DNA of 64,000 nucleotides from Chiloscyllium plagiosum (taxonomy: Eukaryota). Position 1 is the stretch's first letter. Each line of letters begins with the position of its first letter. Positions 14,501-29,500 of this stretch are shown here, one piece after another. A program made the translations under genes and the position numbers. Location: the NCBI RefSeq assembly GCF_004010195.1, contig NC_057759.1, positions 7,051,346 through 7,115,345 of the forward strand, given 5' to 3'. A model generated the notes under the pieces. It did not search any database, was not told the origin of the DNA, and saw nothing but the letters and a program-made list of their open reading frames with translations.

Positions 14501-17500
14501 AGTAGCAGTGTGCATCATCTATACGATGCATTGCAGAATTACGCCTAAGAACCTGAGACAGCACCTGCCAAACCGATGGCTGCTTCCATCTGGAAGAATA
14601 GGGACAGCACACACAGGATGAACTAGCTGCTGTAATTTTCCCTCTGAGCCACTCACCATCCTGACGTGGAAATAAATCGGCTGTTCCTTCAGTGTTGCTA
14701 AGTCATAATCCTGGAATTACTTTCCTAAGGCATCATGGGTCTACCTAGAGCAAATGGATTGTATCGATTTGCGAGAGCAGCTCACTACTACCAAAGGGGG
14801 ACCTATGGACGGGGGTGGACATTAAACGTTGGGTTGTGAGTGAATAAATAACTCTCAGTGACATCAGCGTGCCTGTCATCCGTCACCAACAATTGTACCC
14901 TGTTTGTTTGTTGTGTACAATTTAAGTTCCGTTTGTTCTTAAACAGCGAAAGTGCAAAACATCTTCAGTAATGATGAAATTTATGTTTCATGAAAATCCA
15001 TTGAACCGAGACAAAGGTCTGTCACTTAGAGAAGGAAATCAGCCATCCTTACCAGGTCTGGAGCTCTATGTGACTCCAAACGTATAGCAAAGTGAATTAT
15101 TTCTAAATGCCTTCCGAAAGGGCTCAGCAAGTCATTCGCTTCTCGGAAATTTAGTTTTTTGACAAACATCTCCCCAAGTAACGTTTTAATAAAAAAAAGT
15201 TCAAAAACACTGCTACTCCCAGATAATTATCGACACTTGACCAATCAGTTTACTTCTCAGTCTAAACGTCTGGCATTCTCTCCACAATCAACGTTAATGC
15301 GACACTCCTTGCTATTCTGTTCAGAAGACAAGAAGAGATTGGGACAGGAAGTAGTTTTGCGTGATTTTTGAAAATAACAGGGAGGAAGGCAGTGTGGGTA
15401 ATGTAGCGCTCTACGAGATGGAAAATTACGGCAGCAATAAGAGTGATATAGGACCAGATGGTGTGGAATCCATCATGGGCAGAGCGAAGACTACATGCAG
15501 AGTTTAGAAGAGTGATGGAGTTTAGAATCTCATAGATGTCTATAAAATTCTCAGAGGACTAAAAATAAGAAGAACGTTCTTGATGACAAGACGGGAGGTG
15601 GTATAAGAATCGATAACCAAGGTATCACAGCCCAAAGGAGACGAGCTCGACTGAGATGGGGAGAAATGTCTTCACCCAGAGAGTGGGGCTTTTGTGAAAT
15701 TCTCTGCCACAGAAAGTGGTTGGTACCAGAACATTGAATGCTGTTTTGGAAAGAGCTGGATAAAGTTCTTAGGGGTGAAAGAGAGAAAGAGCGAGCGGGA
15801 GGACATGAACTGAATGGGATGATCAACCACTGTCCCACTAAATGGTCAGAGCAGGGTAGTAGGGCCGAATGGCCTACTCTTGCTTTTATTTTCTATGATT
15901 CCATGTTAACAGGCTGTTGAGTTGGATGATCTGCAATGGTCATATTGAATGGCTGGGCAGACTCAAAGCGTCGAGTGCTTGTATATTCCGGGTTCCTACG
16001 TTTTGATGTAACATGAAGCTTTAAAACATGGAATGAACTTGTTGACTTTATTTACCAAGTTCCATGTTCCCTGTTTATGGCATTTGATTCAGAGAAATGT
16101 GAGCTGTTGCATTTTGGTCAGGCAGACCAAGTTAAGACTAACATAGTTAATGGTAGGGTCCTGGGGAATGTTAACGAACTTAAAGACCATGGAATGGAGC
16201 TATAAATCAGTGAAAACGGTATCGCAGAGACAGAGGCAATGAAGAAGGTATTAGGCACGCTTGCCTTCATCGGTCAGAGCATTGAGTACAGGAGTTGATT
16301 TGCCCTACTCCAGAAAGGATTTATTTAACTGGAAAAGGTTCAAAAATTTAGAAAGGTATTCGCAAGAGAGAATAATTTGATTGACAACAAGAGGCTGGAT
16401 AGGCTGGGGCTTTTATCCTGGATTGTAGGAGGCTGAGGCATGACCACATTGAGATTTATAAAATCATGAAGTGTATTGATAAGGTGAATAGCCAATGTAT
16501 TTCCCTTCAGTAAAGGAGTCTCAAGCTGGACTGTACGCAGGTTTAAGTTCAAAGGGGAAAGGAAACCAAATGGCAACGTTTTCACACAGAGGTTGCTGCA
16601 TATATGAAATGAGCTGCAGAACAAGTGGTAGAGGCGGATACAGTTGCAACATTTAAAACACGTTTTGACAGGTACATATGTAGGAAACATTTGAAGGGAT
16701 ATGAGCCAAATGGAGGCAAATGGTACTAGCTTAGTTTGGGAAACCTGGTTGGCATGGATGATTTGGAACTGTTTCTATGTAGTATATCTCTGTGACTCAA
16801 ACATCCAAGGTTGTGTCACTTTAATCTAGTGTGGTCTTCGAAGTCAAAGCACCAACTTTTCCCCTGTGCTGATGGTTCAAGAACTCTTTGGGGGAGAACC
16901 CTTGTGAACTCACCTATCACTATGATCTCTATGCCTTCACTGTGCAGACGGACTGTTGCTTCATTACTCACTGAGCAATGGTAAAACCCTTCGTGCCTTC
17001 TGCTGACGGCTCCAATGTTGTAAACAAGTTCAGTGCTGTTGGAAACCCTCCAATAAAATTCCTCGCTTGGGTCCTTGTAGAATTGGTAATAAATCGGAAG
17101 AGAGCCATTGGAGACGGAACAGATTAAAGATCCTGCGTTTCCTTCGATTAGTTCATTTCTGGGTTGAATTATTAGAAGTGGTTTTGACACTGGAATTCCT
17201 GAAAACAAAAACAAATGTTAGGTCCCTTTGTTAGGCAGAGTTAATTGCTAACTCAAGTATGAACTTCTTCAAAGTCACATCATTCTTATTTCCTTCTTAT
17301 TCATGCATAGGGTGTGGGCATCACTGCGTAGTCCAGCACATATCTCCCGAACCTAATGGCATAGAGGGCAGATAAGGATTGTAGGGCTGGAGTCACATTG
17401 ATTTCTTTTTCAAATGAATTCATATTCAAGCCCAAAACTAGCTGGGACTCTGATTTCATAGGATGTAGAACAGTGTAGAACAAGAAGAAGGAGAAAGTGA

Positions 17501-20500
17501 GGACTGCAAACGCTGGAGATCAGAACTGAAAATGTGTTGCTGGAATGGCGCAGCAGGACAGGCAGCATCCAAGAAACAGGAGAATCGACGTTTCGGGCAT
17601 AAGCCATTCCTGAAGATGGGCTTATGCCCGAAACGTCGATTCTTCTGTTCCTTGGATGCTGCCTGACCTGCTGCTTTTTTCCAGCAACACATTTTCAGAA
17701 CAAGAAGAAGACCGTTTAGCACGACCATGCTGTTATTCTATTCTGATCCAATCTGCCTGCACATGGTCCATGCCTCTCCATTCCTTGCCTGTTCAATTGT
17801 CTGTCTAAATGTCTCTTAAAATCTACAATCGTATCTACTTCTATCTCCTCGTTCCAAGGTTCTCTGACTAAAGAACCTTGACTCACAAACCTTCTTTCCA
17901 TTCTGTTCCTCCCATTTTAAAGCTGTGTTCCCTCTAGTATTTGACACTTGCAACCTGAGAGAAAGACTCCGATTCTCCACCTTGTCCATGCCTCTCATAA
18001 TTTTATATACTTCGATCAGGTCATGCCTCAGCCTCCCGTGCCCTCGCAAAAAACAATCCCATTTTGTACAACCTCACCTCATAACTAATGCAGCCCAATC
18101 CAGGAAACATTCCGGAAAACCTCTTTTGCACCATCCCCAAAGCCTCTTCATGCTTCCTATAATGTGGGGACCAGAATTGCACACGATCCTGCAAATGTGC
18201 CCAACTGAAGTCTTACACAGCTGCAGCATAAGTTTTTTACTCAATGCCCCGATCAATGAAGACAAGCATGCCATAAGCCTTCTTTAATATCTTATGTTGC
18301 CACTTTCAGGAACCATGGACTTATATCCCAATTCCCAATAAGTTGCAGCTAACATTCACAACACCTAAACGGCAGGCAATGATCATCTCTAGAGAGAACA
18401 GAAACACCAACTTTAGATATGGTGTAACCATCACTGATTACTCCAATTACCAACATCCTGGGAGTAGCCATTGAGAGGAAATCTAACTATCGCCCCTTGC
18501 CAGGATTAGTGTAGCTCGCGATATTACTTGAGAATCTCAATACTATGCATGAAAAAACAGCCTCCGCTTAACAGGTACCACATCTCCAAACATACATCCC
18601 CTCTACTGCCGATGTTCAGTCACAGCAAGATGAACTGCAGAAATTCACCAAAATTCCTTGGACAGCAGCTTCCAATCACACATCCACATTCATCTCGGGC
18701 AGCAGATACATGGTAACATCAACCCGCAAGTTCCCCTCAGAGCCATTCACTATCCCAGATTGGCAATATTTAGTTTTGATGGGATAACATTCACAAGTTC
18801 ATTGGTTAAGAGCATGGTGGGGCTTCCTATCAGAAATGGACTGCAGTGATTTAAGAAGGGAGCTCTATATAACCTTCTCAAGGGTATATCGAAGGAGAGG
18901 CAACAAATGCTGGCACACAGAGAGATGCCTACATCCCACAAATGACAAAAATAAATAAATACATGCACTGACAGGGAGTCATAAAGTCTATACCGTCTAC
19001 ATGAAGAGAAACATAGGGAAATGCTCAGGTCACTAATCTGAAAATGAAATGTGGTTTTCTCTTTCTTTCCAATGGCTCTGTCTTAAGGTCCAGTCAGCTT
19101 GAACCAACGCAGATTGTTCTTTATTTTGAGATAACCTACCAGCATAAAGTGCACCAATGGGTACATTCTATCACTGGCCACGCTGTTGAATCGTGCTTCG
19201 TCACAGAATTTGGGCCCCAAAGGGAATTTCTGCCAGCTGCATCCTCCCACTTTGATAATTGACTATATGGCATATCCCAGCTTCCCAAATGAATCGAAAG
19301 CAATTCCATATCCATTTGATTAGACTCACACAGTTACCCTTAGGTCCACTTCTTCCAGGCTGGCCAGACATCCCAATGATGCCTAGTCCCACATGCTAGC
19401 ATTTAGCGAGTGTCGCTCGAAACTTTCCTATTCATGTACCTTCAGATTCCTTTTAAATGGTGTAATTTTACACTCCTCCACCACCTCCACTGGCAGCTCG
19501 TTCTACACACGAATCACCTTCTGTGTGAAAAGGTTGCCACTCAGGTCCCTCTTAAATATTTCATCTCTTAGTTTTAACCTATACCCTCTAGTTTTGGACT
19601 CCCTATCTTGGGGAAAATATTTTGGCTATATACCTTATCCATCTTGCTCATTATTTTTTAAATGTCTATAAGATTAAACCTCAGACTCTAACGCTCTTGG
19701 GGGGAGAAAACCCAGGCTTTTTACTCTTCTTAACATTAACAGTAATTTTCACAAATATCCAAGCTCCACTTAGCCCCTCTAGTCCTGTTGAGAAGCGAAG
19801 CTTTTCCTCTCAAAGTGGGGAGCAGTGTAATGAGACCTGGGAGTCCCTCATACACGAGTCGTTGAAAGTGAGCATTGCAGGTGCATTAGCGTTGAAGAAA
19901 GTAAATGGAATTTTGGCTGTCATAGCGAGATGATTTAAGTCCAGGAACAGGGATGTCTTGCTGCAATTGTAAACTGAGACCATAACCTGGCATATTGTGT
20001 GGGCAGTTTGGGATCAAATATCTGAGGGAGGATGTTCTGGCTGTGATTAGAGTGCAGCGAAACTTTCCCAGACTGATTCCTGAGATGGAAAGACTGGCAT
20101 ATGAAAGGAAACTATCAGTTAGGATTAAATTCGTTGGAATTTGGGAGGGGGTGAATGGGGGATGGGTGGGGAGGAGGGAGTGTAGAACGAAGGAGTCGCA
20201 GTCGAAAGGAGACGGCATTGATCTGAACTGAGGAGAAATGTCTTCACGCAGAGAGTGTGGAGCCCGTGTAATTCTGTACCACAGAAAGCAGTCAGGGCCA
20301 GAATATTGAATGTTGCTCAAGACGAAGCTGGATAGTGCTCTTGGGGAATAAAGGGAGAAAGTGTGGGAACAGGGGACTGAACTGCATGATCAGCCATGAT
20401 CCTTTTGAAAGAATGGAGCAGGCTAGTAGGACCAAGTGGCCTAATGCTATCAATGTATTTCCATAATTTTCTGGGGCAGTGAATCCCACAGGCTAATCAC

Positions 20501-23500
20501 TCTCCGGGTGAAGATATTTCTCGTCATCTCAGTCCTCAATGACCAGCCCAATGCCCTGTTTTGTTTGTCTCTAGATTTCCATAATATGGCTGTGAGATGT
20601 GGCGTATAATGATAATTAGTCTCTATTCAGAATCTTTAACAGTTAAAAAAAGTAACGATAATTAATAGTACTCACGCTTGATGGACAAATGGAGCTGATT
20701 ACTGCGTTTCCACACCTTCCCGTCCGTGACTTCACAATGGTAAGTACCCGAGTCTGCTGGATGAGCTGATTCAGAGATGTAATCACTATGGTCGGATGGG
20801 GACTGGAGAGGGGCCCCATTTCTGTAAAAGCTGTACCGCAACGAAGCTTGAGAGGGATTCTCTTCAACCCAGCAGACCAGTTTAACCCGTTGGCCATCAA
20901 GCAGCTGTCCCCCAGGGTGAATTTTCAGCATAGGGAGAGCGAACGCCTCTGGAATTCAGAAGGACATGTTTCTGTTTCAGTCCATAGAGTTTCTGGGCGT
21001 GGGAAAGCTCAGTGATCAGAACGATTGCAAGACAATTCCTAGGCAGGGTTCAGTGCACGAGACTACTAACAATTCTTCGAGGCCAATCAAGGTTGTTAGT
21101 ATCGTGACAGCATGAGATCTGAAGTGGTAACGGTCACGATCGCTTTTGAAATGAATACTTGTAACGGCAGAGGGAGTATTGTACCCGGTTCTAGAATTTA
21201 CATTCTGGGAGCGACAAGCTATCACTGGGAGAGGGTGCAGAGTGAGATTTACCAGGATGTTGCCTTGGGGGCGGGAGAGTTTCAGTGATGGAGTGAGATT
21301 GGGAAGACTGGAGTTGTTTTCCTTAGATGAGGGGACATAAATAGAGTTGACAGGAAGAAATCTTGCCCCCATGATGGGATCAGTAACAGGAAGATATGCA
21401 CACAGTTTGAAGGTAAGCGGTAGGAAGTTTAGGGAGGATGTGAGGAAACGCATTTTCACGCAGCGGGTCTGGAACTCACTGCCTGTAAGGGTGGGACAGG
21501 CAGAAACCCTCATCACACTGACGAGTATTTAGATATGCACTCACTAAGTCACGGTTGTGGGGAAACTGCTGAGGCAAAGGGGATTAGAGAATAGTGAGGT
21601 GGCTGCTTCCCACTGGCTGGGTCAAATGTTCTTTCATTTGTTCTGGGCACTCTGCAGTGATGATAGATAGTTACGTTTAATGGAAATGAGAATGCTGTCG
21701 CTCTTCTTCCTCAGACTGTAAACCGTATCGATCGCTTCACAGGCATAACTCCCAGAAACGTTTGCAGCTACTGCATTGATGGTGTATATGCTGCCATGAT
21801 CAGGTCCGGCCTCCAGAGCGCTGTCTCTGTAAAACGTGTAGTGAAGCCGGATGAAGGGCCGTGCTGCCTGGGCAGTGCACGTCAGCGTAAGCCACAGCCC
21901 CTCGAATACTTCAGCCGCTGGCTCCACCATCAGCAGGGGCTTGGCAAAGCGTTCTGGAATGTAACACACAATGGTGGCTCATCAATCAACTGTTATCATC
22001 ACAAAGCAAAAGGCACAAACGTGACATGGGAGGAAGGATGTGAGCATTCACTGACAAAAGACAGGCGAGAGGGCGAATCTGTATCTCTTTCTTCCTCCTA
22101 AATTTTATGTTCCATTTTGATGTCACTAGGTTCTTAGAATCATAGTGCCTTACAACACGGAAACAGACCCTTTATCCCAACACGTCCATGCTGACCAGGT
22201 TTTCTAAGCTGATCCATTTCTATTTGCCAGCATTTACCCCCTATCACTCTGAGTCTTTCCTGTCTGCGTTCCTGAATATACGTTTGTTAGAATTGTACCA
22301 ACCTCCATCATTTCCTCTGGCAACTCACTTCATATATGTTCCACTGTCTGTGTGAAGAAGTTGGCCATTTTGGGCCTTTTTAAATCTTTCCACTTTCAAC
22401 CTAAATCTCTGCCCTCCCGTTTTGAACTCTGGCATCCTGCGGAAAAGACTTTGGCTATTTAAGTTTTGTATGCCCTGAGCAATTCTATGAACCTCTATAG
22501 CGTCACCCCTCAGCCTCATGTGCTCCCGTATATTCATTAAACATAAAGCCTCCACTCTGGATAACATTCTTGTAAATCTGTCTTTCGCACCCATTCAAAG
22601 TCAATGTCCACAGCAGGACTTGAACCCACTTCCTAAGAACTAGGCCGGGGTCTCTGGATTAAAAGCCCATTGGTAATTAGATTAGATTACAGATTAGATT
22701 ACAGTGTGGAAACAGGCCCTTCGGCCCAACAGGTCCACACCGACCCGCCGAAGCGAGACCCACCCATACCCCTACATTTACCCCTTACCTAACACTATGG
22801 GCAATTTAGTATGGCCAATTCACCTGACCCTGCACATCTTTGGACTGTGGGAGGAAACCGGAGCACCCGGAGGAAACCCACGCAGACACGGGGAGAACGT
22901 GCAAACTCCACACAGTCAGTCGCCTGAGGCGGGAATTGAACCCGGGTCTCAGGCGCTGTGAGGCAGCAGTGCTAACCACTGTGCCACCGTGCCGCCCACC
23001 GTGCCGCCCACAATGCAACTAGGCCATCACACAACTGACGCCTGGTGCGAGTCTGCAGCCATGTGATGCTTGAACTGCACTTTTCTCCTTTATAATGAAG
23101 GTTTCCATCATGTCTTCATTCATGAAATACTGAGCATTTGTCTTCATTATCTGAACGACAAAATTAAAATGATTCCTATCTCCTTTGCTACACTAGTTAA
23201 TGCACCTTGAACGTTTGTGGTCTGGTTCGCTAACTGTCATCAAATGAGGACAGATTCCTCACCTTTGTACTCAGAACATACTCTTTATGATGTAAAATAA
23301 CGGCATCCAAACACATCATGATCTTCGCCTCTATTAAACAGATTTCAGCTACGGTTTTTATTTCCCTTACAGATCACCATACGTCCACACAGGATTTTGG
23401 GAACCTTTACAGGGCCTCCTCAATGCCTCGGCACATTTCTTAATGTGTGGGAACCGGGTGAGGGGGGCACCATGATTGCATTATGAAAACATGCATTGTG

Positions 23501-26500
23501 TTATGAAGCTGGAAAGGGCTTAACAGGATGTTATCGAGACCGGAGGGTCTGAGTTATAAGCAGACACAGGTTAGGCTGGAACTTATTTTCCTGGATTGTC
23601 AGAGGCTGAGGACCTCGTAGCAGTTCATAATATCACGAATGGCAGAGATGAAATGAATAGACAAGATCTTTTCCCCAGGGTAGGGAAGTCCAAAACTAAA
23701 GGCCATAGCTTTACACTGAGGGGGGAAACATTTAAAAGGAAAGTGAGGTCAACTTTTTCACACAGTGGGTATTGCATATATTGAAGGAGCTGCCAGATTA
23801 ACTGGTGGAGACTGGTACAAGTACAACATAAAAAAGACATTTTGATACGTATATGGACAGGAACACTTTAGATGGGTATGTGCAAAACACAGGCAAGTGG
23901 GACTAGTTTAGTTTAGGAAACCTGGTCGGCATGGACGAGTTGGCCAGAAGGACCTGCTTCCGTGGTGGAGTCAATGTTTAGGACTCTCAGGGCTGCATGG
24001 TATTCACTGTACAACAATGCCACTTGGGGATCTGTCCTGCTGGAAGAATAGCACCACCAACAGCGTGGGTTCAATTCCTGCACTGGCTAGAATCACCGTG
24101 AAGGGCTCTCCTTCACATCTATCGCCTGTTCCAATGTGTAGTGATGCTCAGATTAAACTGCCACCAAATATCCTCTCCCTAACGATGCAGAGTGACTGTG
24201 GTGGCTTTACTATCTTTCCCATTACTCATAAGCCGGTAAAAGGAGCGGGATTGACAAAGGGCGCACAGAGAGTATTCTCCTCCAGTGGGAGAATCTTGAA
24301 TGCGAGGTTATCATTTCGGGATAAGGGAGTGTGACAGACTAAATAATGAAATTAGGAAGAATGATTTCTCTCAAAGGAGCGGGCGGCGATGACTAGAGAG
24401 TGAATAAGCTTGGGTTGTTTCCTCTGGGGTAGAGAAGGGTCTTTGGTGGGGATGGCGAGGCGGGGCGGAGGGAAAAGTGACCTGGAAGAGATGTGTAGGA
24501 TTTTGAAAGATATGGACTGGGGGGAAGCAACTATTCCCCTTAGTCAAAGGGTCAATAAGTTGGGGGTGGGGTCATCATTTTTAAATGAAAGGAAGAGAGG
24601 GATTTGAGCATAGTTTCACCCACAGGTTACTGGCAGTCTGGAATTCTCGGACTGAGAGGGTAGCTCAGGAGGGTAGCCTCATAAACTTTAATTGGATAAG
24701 CACTTGAAATGCCATAACTGTCAAGGCTGTGCGGCCTAGTGCAGGGAAGTGGGGCGAGTTTTAATTTAGTTTTGCTTTGGCAGTACAGACATAATGGACC
24801 GAAGGGACTCATTGGTACTGCATAATTCAGAATGTCTCCAATGTTTAAATCAACCCTCTAGAGAAACATAAACATTTTCTCCCGCAAATTGTAACATGTA
24901 CCTTGAATCTGAACATCAAAAGACTGTGATACGGATAAATTCTACAGCTGTACAATCCACTGTCATCAGTGCTGTTTATGTTACTGCTATGAGAAGATTC
25001 ACGTCTTTTAGACTTCATTGAATGAGTTTTCTCGACTTTTTTTTTATTAAAGGTAAATTCTCTCTCCCCCTAAAAATTGAATCCATACTGACTATTCAGA
25101 ATCACTGTCACTCCTTCCAAAGGTGAACTGTGACAACATGGAAAGCCATATCTCTATCTCAGACTGAAAGAAAAGTTGCATCATTACAGCTCATTTCACT
25201 GGTAACTGCTCCAAGCACATTCACCATCACATTCTTTCTGGAATGGATTTAGAAGTAACAATTCAGTCAACATATCCCCGAGATTTTGCACAATCTGGTC
25301 TGAATAAATAAACTTATAACATGAATTTGCTTTCATCTCACCTTCAGAATTGAGTATGGTTTAGGTCTTCTTACATACGAAATTACATTAAGACAATAAG
25401 AAATCAGGACAAGGATATTCAGCCCCCTTGTCACTCGTAAAGTGTCGAGTAATATCAGTTAGAAAAATTTCCTCTGTCAGCAGAAATGAAATGCAAGTAG
25501 AGGTGCGGAGAAGACGTACAGATGCAACATGAGGATTGAAGCATTTTAACAAAACGTTATCAGAGTAAAAGACAAGGACAGAAAATATTACAATAGCAGA
25601 AAGATGCAGACATGACTGCACAACCATCAAGATAAATCGGTGGAGGACTGACAATTCTTAATGATCTTATATGACATTCTCAGACTTCAGAGTAAAGGGT
25701 TCTGTAGGCAATAGCGATCATAAGTTATTGTTGACACAGTTACTTTGATAAGAAAACGAATGGATGAGTTGGTAGAGAAGGGAAGGGCAACGCTGTCTGT
25801 GTGAAGGCACCTCTCCTCATCTCAGTTTTACTCCAACTCCTTGACACTGTGAAACCCTGCTTCTCGACATCCACTCACATTCCAAGTGTCACTGGGATCA
25901 TCCTTCTGGCGTTTACAATGTCTAGTCATATAGTCAAACAACATGGAAACAGAGCCTTTTGTCCAACAAGTCCACACCAACCATGTTCCCAAAATAAACT
26001 GACCCCACAAACCCGCATTTCCAAAACTTTCCTACTCATGAATTTAGGAGCAAGTGAGGACTGCAAATGCTGAAGATCAGAGTCGAAACGCGTAGTGCTG
26101 GAAAGGACATCAGGTCAGGTAGCATCCGAGGAGCAGCATAAGTCAGTATTTCAGGTACAAGCCTTTCATTAGAAATATGGAGGGGGAAGGAGGCTGAAAG
26201 AAAGAAAGGGCGGTGGGCGTCGGACAGGGTGTAAGGTAGCTGAGATGAAGATTGGTGAATGCAGGTGTGGGGTAGTTATGACTGATCGGAGGGGATGGTG
26301 GAGCAGGTATGTGGGAAGGAAGATGGACAGGTTGCACAGTTCAAGAAGGCAGTGACAAGTTGGAAGATTGGATTTGGATGAGCCGGAGAGAATAGATTTT
26401 GAAACTAATGAAGTCAATGCTGATACCATGTGGTTGAGGCTCCCAAAGTGGAAAATGAAGCGTTCTTCTTCCGGTTGGTGGGTGGCTTTGATTTGGCAGT

Positions 26501-29500
26501 GAAGTTGGCCCAGGACTTGCATGTCCTTGGCAGAGTGGGAAGGGGAGTTGAAGTGGTTGACCACAGGCCAATGGGCGTTTTTGGTATGTTTGTTCCAGAG
26601 ATGTTCCCTGAAATGCTCCGAGAGTTGACATGCTGCATTACCGATGTAGAGGAGACCACATCGAGAGCACAGACACAGTAGATGAGCTGGGTGCATGTGC
26701 AGGAAAACCTCTGCCAGATTTGAAAGGATCCTTTGCTACTTTAGAGAAAAATGAAGGAGGAGATGTGGGCGAAGGTTTTACACCTCTTGCGGTTTCACAG
26801 GAAGTTGCCAGGTGTGGAGGATGGATTGGTGGGCAGGGGAATATAGACTAATGAGGGAGTCACAGAGAGAATGGACTCTGAGGAACGCAGGTAGGGGTGA
26901 AGACGGAACTATATGTCTGGTGGTGGGGAGTGATTGTAGTTAGCGGAAATGGAGGAGGATAATGCACTGTATCCAGAGATTAGTTGTGGAAAGTGTGGAA
27001 AAGCGGGATTTTTTTCCTTTGTGCGGTTGGAGGGTTGGAGTTCAAGGGCAGAGGAGCAGTAAATAGAGGAGATGCGTTGGAGGTCCTTTTTGATCACGTG
27101 TGAGGGGAAATTATGATCCTTCAATTCGGAGGACATCTGTGGTGCCCTGGCGTGAACTTATCCAAATATCTTCGAAACATTGTAAGTGTACCTGCATCCA
27201 TCATTTCCTTTGGCAGATCATTCCATACACCAAAAACTCTGTGTAAGTAAAAGCTGCCACTAGTGCTGGTTTCAAAGTTTGAACTCCGCACCCGGGGGCA
27301 AAGACCCTTGTAATTCACCTTACCTATGTCCGTCATGGTTTTGTAAGACTCAATAAGGTTACCCCTCAAACTCCTTTGATGCAGTGAAAAATGCCCCAGA
27401 TTTTCCAATCTATTTATATATCGCAACCCTCCATTCCCAGCAACATACTTGCAAATATCATCAGTACCTTCTCTGGTTTAACAATATCCTCCCTATTACA
27501 GAGCGACCAGAACTGCACTCAATATTCCAGAACAGACCTTACCAACACCCTATACAATCTCATAATGGCACCCCAACTTCTGTACTCAAAAGTCTGACCA
27601 ATGAAGGCAAGCATGATAATTGCCTTCTTAACCATCCTGTGACGCAAATTTCAAAGAACTATTTAACTGAACCTCTATGTCTCTCCGTTCCACAACACTA
27701 TCCAAACCGCTTCCATTACTTGCATCAACTGGGTCTTTATATCACTTATACACTTATCCAAATTTCATTCCACCTGCCACTCCTCCGCCTATTGATGCAA
27801 TTCATCAAGACAAAAATTTTCACGATGCACTATACTAACAATTTTGATGTCATTTGCGATCTTACTAACCACGCCTTCAATATTCTCATCCAAATCATTT
27901 ATATAAATGACAAACTGCAGTGCACCCAATACCGATCCCTGTGGAACACCACTGACCACAGGCCTCCAATCTGAAAAAAAAGCGTTCCACCATTACTCTA
28001 TTTTCTGCTGTTAAATCAATTTTGTATCCAATTGGAAAGCTCACCCGGAACCCCATGTGAGCTAACTATACTAATTAGTCTACCTCATTCTTCTCTACTA
28101 AGGTGAGTTTAACCCTAATCATTCCAGCCTCCATTTTCTGTCAGTCCTGCCATCCCAGGAATCAGTCTGTGAAACCTTTGCTGTCCTCCCTCCATAGCCA
28201 GAACATCCTTCTTCAGATACTGAGACCAAAGCTGTTCACGGAATACTCCAGTGTGTGGTCTCATCCTTTACAATTGCTGTAAAAAAAAAATTATATTCAC
28301 TCATGGTATATGGTCATCACTAACTGGCTAATATCTACAGATTTGTCTCTAGTTGCTCACTTGAAAGGGTGGTGGTGAGCTGCCTTCTTGAATCAATGGG
28401 TCCATGTGCTGGGGAGAGATCCACAATGCCCTTAGGGAGAGAATTCGAGGATTTTCACAAAGCAACATTAAAAGAAGTATTGACATATCTCCAAGTCTGG
28501 ATCGTGAATGGCTTAGAGGGGAACTTTGGAGGGGGTCATGTTCTCATGTATCTGATGCCCTTATTCTTCTAGATGGAAGTTGTCGTGCGTGTGGAGGGTG
28601 CTGTCAGAGGATCCTTGGTGAATTTCTGCAGTACATCTAGTAGATGGTACACACTGCTGCTACTGAGCATTGGTGGTGTAGGGAGTGCATGTTTGTGGAT
28701 GTGTAACCAATCAAGCGTTTGCTGCTTTTCCCTTGAACGGTGTTGAGCGTCTCGAGTCTTCTTGAAACTGCACGCATACAGGAAAGTGTGGAGCATTTCA
28801 TCACTCTCCTCAATTGCAACTTGTCGATGTTGGACAGGCTTCAAGGAGTCAGAAAATGAGCTTCTCACTGTCGGATTCCCAGCCTCTGACCTGCTCTTGG
28901 AGTCACTGTGTTTATGTGGTCAGTCCAGTTGGGTTTCTGATCAACAGGATGTTGACAATTGGGGATTTAGAGATGGTAGCAATATTGAATGTCAAGGGGG
29001 TGATGTTTCAGTACTCTGTTATTGGTAATGGTCAATGCCTGGCATTTGAGTGGCACAGATATTATTTGCCACTTGGTAGTCCAAGTCTGTTATTGTCCAG
29101 ATCATGCTGTAATTGAAAATGGACTGCTTAAGTCTCTGAGAAGTGGTGAATTATGCTGAACGTTGTGCAATCATCAGTGGACATTCCCACATATGACCTT
29201 ATGCTAGAGTGAAGATCATTGATGAAGCATCCCTGCTCCTGTCCTTGAGTCTCCATCACTGGGAGGTCTTGTCAAGAGCAGCGTACACAGACGTGGCATA
29301 GAATCATCAATACGTTCATCAGCACTAACTAAACAAAGGAATGACCAACCTGATACTGTGAGGTTTATGATGTTCGAAACCCATTTTCTATAGGCAATTT
29401 TTAACTCACACCGATAGAGTGCTTCATCTGAAAACGCTGCACTTTCTATCGTGAGTGACTCGTACGTAGCTTTTTCCATTAACCTATTATTTCGATACCA

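Noticed and set aside
22930..23000. tRNA gene
   Set aside because: The A/B boxes are the head of the HE1-type SINE, continuous with its V-domain and tail.
27384..27974. 196-aa plus-strand ORF
   Set aside because: Antisense frame of a CR1 RT fragment.
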